Source of the DNA: a bacterium
GTDB lineage: Bacteria; UBA8248; JACPRG01; G963555815
Assembly (NCBI GenBank): GCA_965218795.1
Contig: OZ244653.1
Location: forward strand, 1,760,001-1,824,000
DNA length: 64,000 bases
Direction: 5' to 3'
Shown here: positions 1-9,862 of the stretch, piece by piece
Layout: every line of letters starts with the position of its first letter
How positions within the stretch are numbered: the first letter of the stretch is position 1
Position numbers and translations under genes: made by a program
Notes under the pieces: generated by a model
Database searches by the model: none
What the model saw: the letters and a program-made list of their open reading frames with translations, nothing else
Told to the model about the DNA's origin: nothing

Positions 1-2
1 CC

Positions 3-125
3 GATAACGGTCGCAGCCTCGACTTCGATCCTCTGGATGCGATCCGGGTCATGGAAGGTGTCTCGGCCGGCCGCATCGGCGAGCCCAAACTTGCCGACTG
101 GCTTCGATCGCGCCTGCGAGACTGA
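3..125 (+). CDS. 3' end of a Fic/Doc (death-on-curing) family toxin, cut by the window edge
   Basis: Own translation of frame 3: DNGRSLDFDPLDAIRVMEGVSAGRIGEPKLADWLRSRLRD*. This resembles the typical Doc C-terminus (xNG...AAG.i.e..lA.W.r). The catalytic motif lies outside the window. Confidence 0.6.
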   Translation, partial: DNGRSLDFDPLDAIRVMEGVSAGRIGEPKLADWLRSRLRD

Positions 126-257
126 TTGAAGACGCAGTGTTGTGAGAGTCGAAGAAGGGCATCGACCATGTGCCGGGATGTAACGTTCATTGCCGCCACC
201 ATGCCGCTACTGGTTATCGGCGGCGTTAAGCGCCATAGCTAGAGGGAGAAAAATACA

Positions 258-518
258 ATGAATGTAAGGGAACTTGAAGACGCCGTGTGGGCTACGGAAG
301 AAATCCGCATTGTGATTCGTGCCAACGTAAACACTCAAGTCGGGGACTACAACTATAATAAAGCCGCGAAACAAGCTTGGCGCATCCGTCAGCTAATTGA
401 GAATCGTATCCAGCCGCTTGTAGATGATGAAGAGGTCGTAGTTATCCAAGGTGACGGCGAGCTGCCTCATGGTGGTGTCATCCTTCGAACACTTCGAGCG
501 TCATACCACAATCAGTAG
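258..518 (+). CDS. hypothetical protein (86 aa), integron gene-cassette-like
   Basis: GGGAG RBS before the ATG; visibly more AT-rich than the core genes; bracketed by GTTAAGCG (225-232) and its reverse complement CGCTTAAC (522-529). Confidence 0.7.
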   Translation: MNVRELEDAVWATEEIRIVIRANVNTQVGDYNYNKAAKQAWRIRQLIENRIQPLVDDEEVVVIQGDGELPHGGVILRTLRASYHNQ

Positions 519-522
519 CGCC

Positions 523-614
523 GCTTAACAAACCCATAGGGCGGGCACGGCGGAATACAGGCAACGCTTCGCGGTTGGTCCCGGAGCACGCGCCGTTCAT
601 GGACAACGCTAAGC
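523..614 (+). other. degenerate attC-like recombination site
   Basis: R'' GCTTAAC (RYYYAAC) starts 4 nt after the stop codon. R'-like GCTAAGC at 608-614 is one mismatch from GTTRRRY. Inner CCAT/ATGG complementary boxes; 92 bp long. Confidence 0.5.
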
Positions 615-667
615 GTCATCAATACCGTCCCGGTCAATCGTTCAGGTAGACTTAGGGGAGCGTCATT

Positions 668-829
668 TTGTCAGATCAAGAATGGCTGCAAGAAACTGAA
701 GACGTCATAGCGCTTTACGAGGACGCCATCGGAGCTGCGGCATCACGAACGCGGCAGATGATCGAGCGCGCTGGCCCGGCAACCATGCTATCGTTATCGC
801 TGAAGTTGTTTACCCTGGAGGAACAGTAA
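668..829 (+). pseudogene. short or truncated hypothetical ORF (53 aa) directly after the attC-like site
   Basis: GGGGAG RBS then TTG; MSDQEWLQETEDVIALYEDAIGAAASRTRQMIERAG...; its stop overlaps the next ATG. Not in the ORF track (under 60 aa). Confidence 0.4.
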
Positions 830-1053
830 TGGCAGAGCAAATAACCGTGTCTGTCGATGCCGATGTAGCCAATCTCTACCGTTTGGCTTCGGACAATGAG
901 CGTCGCAAACTGGATTTGCTTGTCAACCTGCGTTTGCGTGATGCGACAGAGTCCGCGAAGTCTCTTCGGGACATCATGCTGGAAATCAGCCGCAACGCAC
1001 AACGGCGCGGTCTGACTCCGGAAATCTTGCAGTCCATCCTGGGCGAAGAATGA
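829..1053 (+). CDS. putative antitoxin of a PIN toxin-antitoxin pair
   Basis: 74 aa, GGAGG RBS, ends RRGLTPEILQSIL as commonly seen in PIN-associated antitoxins; ATGA overlap with the PIN gene. Confidence 0.7.
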   Translation: MAEQITVSVDADVANLYRLASDNERRKLDLLVNLRLRDATESAKSLRDIMLEISRNAQRRGLTPEILQSILGEE

Positions 1054-1511
1054 CCCGCTTCGTCTTCGATACGAACGTCATTGTCAGCGCGTTACTTTTC
1101 AACGATTCCGTGCCAGGGCGGGCGTTTATCCGGGCTTTGAATCGTGGGACGACTCTGGTTTCCGGGTCATTGGTGAGAGAGTTGCGCCGTGTGCTCGGCC
1201 GGGACAGGTTCGACCGGTATGTCTCCCGCGAAGAGCGCGACGAGTTTCTTGAATCCCTGATACGGGAATCGGACCTGATCGAGATCACCGAGTCCGTCCA
1301 AGCATGCCTCGACCCGGAAGACGACCGGGTCTTGGAATTGGCCGTCAACGGAAATGCGACATACATCGTCACAGGCGATGGAGGAGACGAAACGGAAGAG
1401 CCAAAGAAAGCTCCGCACGAGAACCCCGGACGACGAGGAAAGTCGCGCACCAGCAATCCACCGAACCCCGCGACAACAATGTCAGTACATTCACCCCCAA
1501 GCCTGAATTGA
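1050..1511 (+). pseudogene. PIN-domain (VapC-like) toxin, 3'-truncated and fused to unrelated sequence
   Basis: FVFDTNVIVSA, CLDPEDDRVLELA and YIVTGD motifs. The expected xDLL continuation is replaced by an unrelated low-complexity tail after ~1380. Confidence 0.75.
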
Positions 1512-2021
1512 TTTGCCGGAAAGCCGGCTGGCGGTGGACGATTTCATTGTCCGCACCGGCGAAATGCGATATTGCCAAAGTGCGGCAGAATGAGTCGTCA
1601 TTGTTTGCCGGGAACGCGTAAAGGGCAATTGCGGATGCGATATGAGTTGTTACGGCTGCCTGCGCAGCTACCGTAATCAGTTTGCTCACCCCCACTTGAA
1701 TCGCGATCGATCGTGGGAATTCCTGAACGCCGCCTTGGGTAGACGGCAGGGCCAACAGCTAAGTTTGGTATCATGACCGGTCACGGGCCATCGTCCGTGG
1801 GTGCCCACGATCCGGCAAATGCTATTTTCGTAGTAGTTCGCCCGTTTCTAAGTCGATATCCTCTCAGCGTGGCGTCGATATTCGATCAGTGTTAGGGTAG
1901 TCGGCTCCTCCCAAAAAACGGATGCCGCAACGGTCGCCATTCGGACGCAAGCGGCTTGAGAGAAACCGGATCCAGAAGGATCCTCGCAAACCGGGTCTGA
2001 CAACGATGAAGGAGGGATTGG

Positions 2022-3470
2022 ATGCCTTTTGAGGGATTGCGCGGCTACCTGGAAGCGCTCGAGAAGGAAGGACTCTTTCATTGGGTCGATAAAGAAGTGG
2101 ACAAGGACTGGGAAATCGCCTCCATGGCCCGGATGATTTTCCGGGGATATACGGAGGATGAGCGGTTCGGGATGGGGTTTCGCAACATCAGCGGTTTCCC
2201 GGGAGGTCGGGTGGTTGCCGGCGTCATCGCCGCCTCCACCCGGCAGATCGCCACCGCCCTGGAGACCGAACCGGCCCCTCTTCCTATCTTCGAGCGCATC
2301 ACCCAGGGGATCAACCATCCCATCGAACCGGTCCTCGTTGACTCGGGCCCCTGCAAAGACGTCGTCATCGGCGGTGAAGACCTGGACCTCCTCTCCTTCC
2401 CGGTCCCCGTGTGGACCCCCACGAAGGACGCCGGCCCCTATCTCACGCCCCTGTGGGTGACCAAAGACCCCGAGACCGGCGACCGGGATATCGGAATACG
2501 AAGATGCCAGGTCAAGAGCCGAAACAAAACCGGAATCCTTTTCGGCGCACCGGACCGGTATGGCGCCATCCACCACGTCAAGTGGAGAAATCAGGGCGAG
2601 CCGATGCCCGCCGCTTTGTTCATCGGCACCGAGCCCGTGACTTATCTGGTGGGGCCTTCACGCTTCGGGATCGATGAGCTGGCGGTTGCCGGGGGCGTCC
2701 GGGGAGAACCGCTGGAACTCATCCGCTGTGAAACCGTGGACCTCGAGGTCCCGGCGGACGCGGAGATGGTGATCGAAGGTGAAATCTCCACGGAATATTT
2801 GGAGGCCGAAGGCCCTTTCGGAGAATTCACCGGTTACATGGCCGGGGGCCGGGAATGCCCGGTCTTCACGGCCAAGTGCATCACGCATCGGCGGGACCCC
2901 ATCCTGCTGGGACTGATCAGCCAGTTCCCCCCGAGCGAAAGCACGATGATCAAGCGGAACCTCCTCGAAGCGTCCCTCTACAAGCACCTTTCGGTGGATC
3001 TGAATCTGCCCGGGATCGCGGACGTTCACGCCATCGAGGCGGGGGGCTGTACAGCCATTCTCTGGGTCAGCGTGAAAAAGATGTACGCGGGACACGTCGA
3101 TCAACTCGTGTGCGGCGTCATGGGCTACTTTGGGATGAGCTACTACAAATGGATTGTCGTGACGGACGACGACGTCGACATCCGGGATCCGTTCATACGG
3201 GACTGGGTCCTCTCCTGGCGCGTCAGGCCGGAAGAGGACATGCGGGTCATTCCGACGGAAGGCGCCGTCGAGCTCGATCCCTCCTCCATGCCTCCCGAAT
3301 CGGGCATGGAAGGGGCGACCGGAGCCAAAATCATCATCGACGCAACGAAGAAGTGGGAGTATCCAGCCGTTTCGCTGCCGCCCCGGGAATATCTGGAGCG
3401 TGTGATTCAGGACTGGAACCGGTACGAGCTTCCGGCTCTCGGGAGCGTGCAGCTCCCGCGCGGCCTGTAA
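2022..3470 (+). CDS. UbiD family (prFMN-dependent) decarboxylase #1
   Basis: 482 aa; LRGYLEALE N-terminus, DAGPYLT, IGIRRCQV, CETVDLEVPADAEMVIEG, EGPFGEFTGY, DDDVDIRD, KIIIDATK; GGAGG RBS. Confidence 0.93.
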   Translation: MPFEGLRGYLEALEKEGLFHWVDKEVDKDWEIASMARMIFRGYTEDERFGMGFRNISGFPGGRVVAGVIAASTRQIATALETEPAPLPIFERITQGINHPIEPVLVDSGPCKDVVIGGEDLDLLSFPVPVWTPTKDAGPYLTPLWVTKDPETGDRDIGIRRCQVKSRNKTGILFGAPDRYGAIHHVKWRNQGEPMPAALFIGTEPVTYLVGPSRFGIDELAVAGGVRGEPLELIRCETVDLEVPADAEMVIEGEISTEYLEAEGPFGEFTGYMAGGRECPVFTAKCITHRRDPILLGLISQFPPSESTMIKRNLLEASLYKHLSVDLNLPGIADVHAIEAGGCTAILWVSVKKMYAGHVDQLVCGVMGYFGMSYYKWIVVTDDDVDIRDPFIRDWVLSWRVRPEEDMRVIPTEGAVELDPSSMPPESGMEGATGAKIIIDATKKWEYPAVSLPPREYLERVIQDWNRYELPALGSVQLPRGL

Positions 3471-3557
3471 GGGCAGACGAGAGGCGCGTTCCTTCGCAGG
3501 CTTCGAATGCCCGTCCCGATCTTCTCGTTTCGGGCGACCCAGACGTTCCTTTGACAC

Positions 3558-3761
3558 TCACTTGAAGTACAGGGTGTAGGCGAACTCGTTCCCGCACTTG
3601 GGGCAGGTCAGGTTGTAGCCCACGAAAAAACTGTCCTCTCGGTTGTAGATGATCTCGCTGTCCTGGCTGATGGCGTGGTTGCACCGGGGACACTTGACGC
3701 CCACCAGTTCTTTCGGGAGGCTCGCCGCCCGGGTTTCCTTTTCGTTTTCCCGCTCGGGCAT
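3558..3761 (-). CDS. small zinc-ribbon protein (CPRC...CPKC), possible UbiD accessory subunit
   Basis: 67 aa with two CxxC motifs; starts 11 bp after the stop of UbiD #2, with a GGGAGAG RBS. Confidence 0.75.
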   Translation of the reverse strand: MPERENEKETRAASLPKELVGVKCPRCNHAISQDSEIIYNREDSFFVGYNLTCPKCGNEFAYTLYFK

Positions 3762-3772
3762 TTCTCTCCCTC

Positions 3773-5404
3773 TCAGGGCATGACCTCAAGGGACATCACC
3801 TTTTGGATCTCCTCGTCACTCCACCAGTGGCGCATCATCCCCTCGGGCGATCCGATGTAGTCCTGGGTCCGCTCGATCCCGTATTTTTCCCATCTTTGGT
3901 TCACCATCAGAGAGGTGTTGTAGGCGGGCCGGGTCGTTGGGGGGAACTTGAGTGGAATGCCCTTGCCGACTCCCTCGCTTCCCCAGATCTCCCGCGGGGG
4001 CCAATGGTAAGGACGTGTTGCGTCGATGAGGACCCGATCCTGAAATCCCTTTTCTTCAGGTGGAATCCGGGGGTCGAGCCGGGAGCCTCGGTGGTTCTTC
4101 CAGATCTTGATGTCTTCGCTCGCTCTCGTCCGCCATGCAATCGACCAGTTCACCATCTCCCGATTCCATGGGTCGATATCCTCATCCACCACGACGACAT
4201 GTTTGTAAGCCCAAAGCGTCGCCTTGGAACCCCATAGGGCGCTTGCGATGAGGTCGGCGTGAGCCTCCATGAGAGGCTTGATGGAAACCACGCAGTCGGC
4301 ATAACCGCAGGCGTCGAGCGGCATGGCAACGTCCTGGATTCCCTTGATCGAGTTGCGCTCCAGGACATCCCAGGCGTACACGGCGTGCCCAAGGGCGAGC
4401 GTCATGTGGTCCTCGTTGACCGGGTGGCCCTCAAGCGTGCCGCGGAAGATTGGGTCATTCCGGTAGGTGATGCACCTGCAACGGAAGACAGGCTTGGGAC
4501 CGGGGACATTTCCGTAATACCCGGGATATTCGCCCAACGGACCTTCCATTTTGCGTTCTTTCGGGTGGATGGTTCCTTCCAGAACGATCTCGGCGTTGGC
4601 CGGCACGTGCAGGTCCACGGTCTCGCACTTCACCACGTCGATGGCCTCTCCCCGGATGGCGCCCGCCACCTCCATTTCATTCAAAGGGTCCACCGTGGGG
4701 CAACAGGCCATGTACGTGAGGGCCGGTTCCTGCCCGATGACGACGGCGACCTCCATCGGCTCGTTCTCGACGATCTTTTTATAATAATGCTCTCCGATAT
4801 GCTGATTGGCCGGGTCGAGCTGGATGCCGGTTTCCGTCTTGGAGTGCATCATCATCCGGTAGACGCCCACGTTGACCCAGCCGGAAAGAGGGTCTTTGGT
4901 GATGACGGAGCCCATGGACCCGATGAGACGCGCGCCGTCCCGCTCGTTCCAGTGAGGCGTGGGGAATATCTCCAGATCCACCTCGTCGCCTTTGAGGATG
5001 TTTTCCTTGACCGGGCCTGTCTGGACGACTCTGGGCGGGATATGCTCCGCCTTGTCATTGATTCGGTGTTTCAGCGTGCGGATGATTTCGTTCCGAGATG
5101 TATTCCGCGGGTCCAGCCCAAGCATCATCGCCGCTCGGAACCAGGACCGGAAGGCGCCGGTGAACAGCTTGTTGGGGCCGGGGGCCTGATAACCTTTGAT
5201 GTTCTCGAAAAGCAAGGCCGGTGAAGCGTCACCGTACATGTCCCAGGTTCGCCGCAAGATAGCCCCCAGTTCGAACTTCCAGTCCACTCTCTCCTTGATT
5301 CGAGCCAGCTGGCCGTCAGCCTCTATTGCCGCGATCCACTCCCGCAGGTCTTTGTAGGCAACCCGGTTGTCTTTTTGAACCAGCTTCGCCGCTGCTCTCG
5401 CCAT
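3773..5404 (-). CDS. UbiD family decarboxylase #2
   Basis: 543 aa; YKDLREWI, PALLFENIKGY, NVGVYRMM, EGPLGEYPGYY, VVVDEDIDP, LIDATRP; AAGGAG RBS. Confidence 0.93.
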   Translation of the reverse strand: MARAAAKLVQKDNRVAYKDLREWIAAIEADGQLARIKERVDWKFELGAILRRTWDMYGDASPALLFENIKGYQAPGPNKLFTGAFRSWFRAAMMLGLDPRNTSRNEIIRTLKHRINDKAEHIPPRVVQTGPVKENILKGDEVDLEIFPTPHWNERDGARLIGSMGSVITKDPLSGWVNVGVYRMMMHSKTETGIQLDPANQHIGEHYYKKIVENEPMEVAVVIGQEPALTYMACCPTVDPLNEMEVAGAIRGEAIDVVKCETVDLHVPANAEIVLEGTIHPKERKMEGPLGEYPGYYGNVPGPKPVFRCRCITYRNDPIFRGTLEGHPVNEDHMTLALGHAVYAWDVLERNSIKGIQDVAMPLDACGYADCVVSIKPLMEAHADLIASALWGSKATLWAYKHVVVVDEDIDPWNREMVNWSIAWRTRASEDIKIWKNHRGSRLDPRIPPEEKGFQDRVLIDATRPYHWPPREIWGSEGVGKGIPLKFPPTTRPAYNTSLMVNQRWEKYGIERTQDYIGSPEGMMRHWWSDEEIQKVMSLEVMP

Positions 5405-5778
5405 TCTTGTCTCCTTTCAGAATCTGCGATTACCGGCCCGCTCACCCACGCTCCGAATCATTCCGGCTCTCACCATCATGAAGCCGACCGTGAGACTTCT
5501 CACCGGGCCGGTTTCGCGCATGGATTTTTCCGCCGCGCACTTCCTCGACAGCACAATCCACACGAAGCCGGCGCTCAAGGACCGATTCCGCCTGCATACT
5601 CAAAGGGCCGCTCATTCTCCGATTAAAATTCCGCTCAATGCCTTATCCTATCAAATTGACCGACCACATGGAATCATCGCCCGCATCCATGCCCGGTGAC
5701 CCGACCGTGCCGGGCCAGGAAAGACTCGAGGGTGTTTTCACCTGGAAAGGGGACGAGAAAGACATGGAGGCTGCTGTA

Positions 5779-5894
5779 GACTCCCGCGCGGGAATGAAGA
5801 AACGGGGACAGGCCGGCAGGAATCCACGCGGCGAAACAGAGCAACCCAATCTCCTGAACGCATATGGTCTGTCACTCCTGCGCAAGCAGGAATC
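5779..5894. repeat. cluster of degenerate REP-like palindromes
   Basis: GACTCCCGCGCGGGAATGA (5779-5797) and GTCACTCCTGCGCAAGCAGGAATC (5871-5894); 19 nt of the latter are identical to 61255-61273. Confidence 0.55.
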
Positions 5895-6062
5895 AATAAT
5901 CGGGGCTGAAATAGGGGTGAAACGGGTCTGCAAGAGCGGTGCAAATGACTTTCGGATTGCGATGCCGCCGCGTCCGTGCATGGCTAAGGATCCCACGGGT
6001 CGTGGCCCGAGGGTTCCCCCATCACGTGACGCAGCGAGACATATATTAAGTATAGTATCTCC

Positions 6063-7233
6063 TAGTGTTTCGTCTCAAGAATAAGTAGGCAAAAGTCATG
6101 TTTGTGCATAGGTTTCCTGATCACCCCTTTTTCAAGGAGGAACCTATGCCACGGGGACGCCCGCTGAAAGCTTTGGAGTTGAGCGATGATGCTCGACAGC
6201 AATTGGAGTCTATGGCCCATTCCCGCAGCCTACCCCATGGGCTGGTGCGCCGTGCCCAGATTGTCTTGTTGGCCGCCGATGGCAAGCCCAATCGTGCGGT
6301 TGGCGAGGCGCTTGGCGTGAATCGTGCCACCGTGGGAAAATGGCGCCAGCGGTATCTCGACCGCGGCCTGATCGGCCTGTATGACGAATTGCGGCCTGGA
6401 GCGCCGCGATCGATTGAGGATGAGCAAGTGGCCGAGGTCGTATACAAGACACTCAAAGAGCGTCCCAACGAGGCGACCCAGTGGACGGTGCGTTCCATGG
6501 CGCAGGCGACGGGTGTATCCAAAGATACGGTGCATCGCATCTGGCGTGCCTTCGGGTTGCAGCCCCATCGACAAGCGCACTTCAAACTCTCCACGGATCC
6601 CTTCTTCGTGGAGAAAGTACGCGACATCGTGGGGTTATACCTGAATCCGCCCGAGCATGCCATGGTGCTGTGCGTGGACGAGAAGAGCCAGGTCCAGGCT
6701 CTGGAACGCACGCAGCCGTTGCTGCCCTTGGGCTTGGGCTATGTGGAAGGGGTCACCCACGACTACAGGCGCCATGGCACAACGACTCTGTTTGCCGCGC
6801 TGGACATCCAGACCGGAGAAGTCATGGCGCAGTGTAAGCCCCGCCATCGTCATCAGGAATTTCTTCAGTTTCTACGCCACATCGAGGAGCAGGTGCCGCC
6901 GGATTTGGACATTCATTTGGTGATCGACAACTACGCCACCCACAAGCACGCCAAAATCAAGCAATGGTTGGCAAGACACCCACGGTTTCAACTCCACTTC
7001 ACGCCGACGTATGCTTCCTGGCTCAACCAAGTGGAAATCTGGTTTCACATCATCACGCAACGTGCGATTCGACGGGGCTCCTTCAACAAAGTGAAAGAAC
7101 TGATCCGCCGGATTGACCGATTCACCGACCACTGGAACGAAAACGCCCAGCCGTTTGTGTGGACGGCCACGGCCGATTCCATCCTTGCAAAGATCAAACG
7201 CCTTTGTGAAAAAATTTCTGCGACAGTACACTA
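6063..7233 (+). mobile_element. IS630 family insertion sequence
   Basis: Imperfect terminal inverted repeats CTAGTGTTTCGTCTCAAGAAT and ATTTCTGCGACAGTACACTAG (15/21 match); CTAG at both ends, consistent with TA duplication. Confidence 0.9.
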
Positions 7234-7234
7234 G
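6146..7234 (+). CDS. IS630 family transposase
   Basis: AAGGAGG RBS before ATG 6146; HTH domain plus DDE motifs [21 protein letters not shown]; intact frame. Confidence 0.95.
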   Translation: MPRGRPLKALELSDDARQQLESMAHSRSLPHGLVRRAQIVLLAADGKPNRAVGEALGVNRATVGKWRQRYLDRGLIGLYDELRPGAPRSIEDEQVAEVVYKTLKERPNEATQWTVRSMAQATGVSKDTVHRIWRAFGLQPHRQAHFKLSTDPFFVEKVRDIVGLYLNPPEHAMVLCVDEKSQVQALERTQPLLPLGLGYVEGVTHDYRRHGTTTLFAALDIQTGEVMAQCKPRHRHQEFLQFLRHIEEQVPPDLDIHLVIDNYATHKHAKIKQWLARHPRFQLHFTPTYASWLNQVEIWFHIITQRAIRRGSFNKVKELIRRIDRFTDHWNENAQPFVWTATADSILAKIKRLCEKISATVH

Positions 7235-7346
7235 ATACAGACTGTTGCGGATTTCCTCGAACGCTACCGCAACGAGGAAACGCAGCTCCCACTGCGTTTG
7301 ACCGCGCCACGCTCGAACGCCGAAGCGCGTGAACCAGGAACCTCCG

Positions 7347-8718
7347 ATGCCGCGCAGCGATCTTCCATTCGGTAGCGAGTTCTCGCCCGCGCAAATCGAC
7401 CTTTCGGTCCTTCTGGAACTGGCGCACAAGCACGGGCCTGACTGGAAAGCCTTTGAGGACGCTGTTCGTGACCGATACTTCGCCGGGCATAAGGCCTCCG
7501 ACTACAACAAAGGCAAGCTTGCCAACAACACCAAGCTTTCGCTACGCGCCTATGGCCTCATTGGGGCGAAGGACACCACGCTTAGCGAGATTGGCAAGAC
7601 GCTTTACGCCCTTCGGAATGACGATGATGCCCTAAACGAAACTTTCGCTCGGCACATCCTGAAGAACCGCCACGGCATGAACTTCGTGCAGTGCATCCTG
7701 GACATGCACGCCGCCGGAGAAGAGATCGACCTCAACCAGCTGCGCCGCTGGCTTCAGGAACGCGGCATCGCCGTCCCGCGCGGCGGAAAACATATGAGCA
7801 CGTTGCGTCTGTGGCTCGAACGGGCTGGTGTGTTCGTTTCCGGCTACCAGGTGGATCTGGCACGCCTCAACGAAATCCTTGGGCTCAATGTGGAGGAATT
7901 CGAGGCGCTTGCCACTTTTACGCCGGAGCAACGTGCATATCTCAAGGCCCTCGCCAATATGGACGGTGGCGGCCCGCATTTCTCGAACGACATCGAGAAG
8001 ATCGCCGTCGCCACCTACGGTGTCGCTTTCAACGAGAAGAACCTGCCCAAGCAGGTTCTCTATCCACTTCGAGATGCCGCATACATCGATCTTGAGCGCG
8101 GCACCAAGGAAGCCGGACGTGGCGCAAAACCGTTTCTGGTCACCGCTACCGACAAACTGGCGACCGAGATTATTACGCCACTGATTGAGCAGCTTGAGCA
8201 GCAAACCCAAGCCGACCTGCGACCTTTGCTACGGAAGCCCCTCTAAGGAAATCCGCAAGGAACTGAAATCCAAGGACCGCCATATCCGGGGCCTCGCGCT
8301 TGAAGCACTTGCCTTCAAGCTCATGCGCCTTATCGATTTGGCTTATGTCGCGACGCGGCTGCGGGGCAGTGTGACCGGCGGTGCCGAGGTCGATTTGATT
8401 TTCGAGAGCGCACGGCTGGTGTTCTCCCGCTGGCAGGTTCAGTGCAAGAACACGGCCCGTGTATCGCTCGACGACGTGGCGAAAGAAGTCGGGCTCACAC
8501 ATTTTCTCAAGAGCAACGCCATTGTCATGGTCTCGACCGGCGAGATCGGGGGCGAAGCGCGACGCTATGCCAACAAGATCATGACCGACTCCAACCTCTG
8601 CATCGTGATGGTTGACAGCAACGACCTCACCCTTATCGAGGCGCGGCCGGCGGCTATTGTCGATGTGTTTGTTCGAGAGGCCCGTCACGCCATGGACCTC
8701 AAAAGACTCGAATTGTAG
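7347..8718 (+). pseudogene. restriction endonuclease with a C-terminal Mrr-like catalytic domain, split by a one-base frameshift at ~8244
   Basis: The first ORF ends ...LRKPL*; the second frame continues KEIRKELKS...EVDLIFE...WQVQCKN (D...QxK motif). Removing one base from CTC-T-AAG restores a single ~456 aa frame. Confidence 0.8.
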
Positions 8719-8728
8719 GAAGCCAACC

Positions 8729-9820
8729 GTGACAAAGAAAACACAACCGAGCGCCGACAGCTTCCATGAAACACCTCTCGGACAGATCATTCACGGCGAT
8801 AGCATCGATGTGCTCGCGACCTACCCGGACGATTCGGTTGACCTGATCATGACGAGCCCGCCCTTCGGATTGGTCCGCAAGAAGGATTACGGCAACGTCG
8901 AGGCGAACGAGTATGTCGATTGGTTCAAGCCGTTTGCCGCCGCATTCCAGCGTATCCTCAAAAACAGCGGCAGCTTGGTCATCGACATCGGCTGCGCGTG
9001 GAACAAGGGCTATCCCACCCGCAGCCTCTACCACTTCAAGCTCTTGATCATGCTGTGTGATGAGTTCGGGTTCCACTTGGCGCAGGACTTTTACTGGTGG
9101 AACCCATCCAAGCTCCCGACGCCTGCCGAGTGGGTTACGGTACGCAGAATTCGCGTCAAGGACGCAATCAACACCGTGTGGTGGTTATCCAAAACACCCT
9201 GGCCGAAGGCAAGCAACCGCCGGGTTCTCCAGCCCTACAGCCCGAGCATGCAGGAACTGTTGGCCAAAGGCTACAAGGCCAAAAGGCGACCCTCCGGCCA
9301 TGACATCAGCGAAAAATTCGGCATCGACAACGGCGCGGCAATCCCGCCCAACCTCATTGCGATTCCCAACACCGAGAGCAACAGCTTCTATCTGCGCTAC
9401 TGCGAGGCAAAGGGCTGCAAGCCGCATCCCGCTCGCTATCCGGCGGAGCTGCCCGAATATTTCATCCGTATGCTGACCGACCCCGGTGATTTCGTGATCG
9501 ATCCCTTTGCCGGCAGCTGTGTCACTGGCGAGGTTTGCGAGCGCACCGGGCGTCGCTGGACCTGCATTGAGCTCTTGCGCGACTATTGTGAGGCGGCCCT
9601 TGGGCGCTTCGTCCGGGAACCGCAGGAGACGGCCAAACCCGTCACCGACCCCGAGAGTCCGTCCAACTACTACCGTCTAGCCCGGCCCGGCATCCTATGG
9701 AATGGAGATAACGACGAGCCCCTGCCAGACGACGGCGGCAAGAAACGGCAACTCAGGCAGAAGGGCGATCAAGCCACAAAATTAACGAATGACACAGACA
9801 GCTTGAGCCTGTTCCCGTGA
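8729..9820 (+). CDS. site-specific DNA methyltransferase, beta class, probably N4-cytosine (M.PvuII-like)
   Basis: TSPPF catalytic motif, HPARYP and DPFAGS SAM motif. Segments such as WNPSKLP, IRVKDAINTVWW, RPSGHDI and DNGAAIPPNL match M.PvuII as recalled. GTG start with AGGA RBS. Confidence 0.9.
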   Translation: MTKKTQPSADSFHETPLGQIIHGDSIDVLATYPDDSVDLIMTSPPFGLVRKKDYGNVEANEYVDWFKPFAAAFQRILKNSGSLVIDIGCAWNKGYPTRSLYHFKLLIMLCDEFGFHLAQDFYWWNPSKLPTPAEWVTVRRIRVKDAINTVWWLSKTPWPKASNRRVLQPYSPSMQELLAKGYKAKRRPSGHDISEKFGIDNGAAIPPNLIAIPNTESNSFYLRYCEAKGCKPHPARYPAELPEYFIRMLTDPGDFVIDPFAGSCVTGEVCERTGRRWTCIELLRDYCEAALGRFVREPQETAKPVTDPESPSNYYRLARPGILWNGDNDEPLPDDGGKKRQLRQKGDQATKLTNDTDSLSLFP

Positions 9821-9862
9821 CGCGCGTCCGGCGGCGCAATCGCAGGCAGGGGCAACGATCGG

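Noticed and set aside
1782-6013. Related hairpins CACGGGCCATCGTCCGTGGG (1782-1801) and CCCACGGGTCGTGGCCCGAGGG (5992-6013) as ends of a mobile unit carrying the UbiD pair
   Set aside because: Only about 15/22 identity in inverted orientation, GC-rich, and no target duplication seen.
5405-6060. ORFs 5375-5626, 5478-5699 and 5638-6084
   Set aside because: They overlap REP-like palindromes and have no protein-like features.
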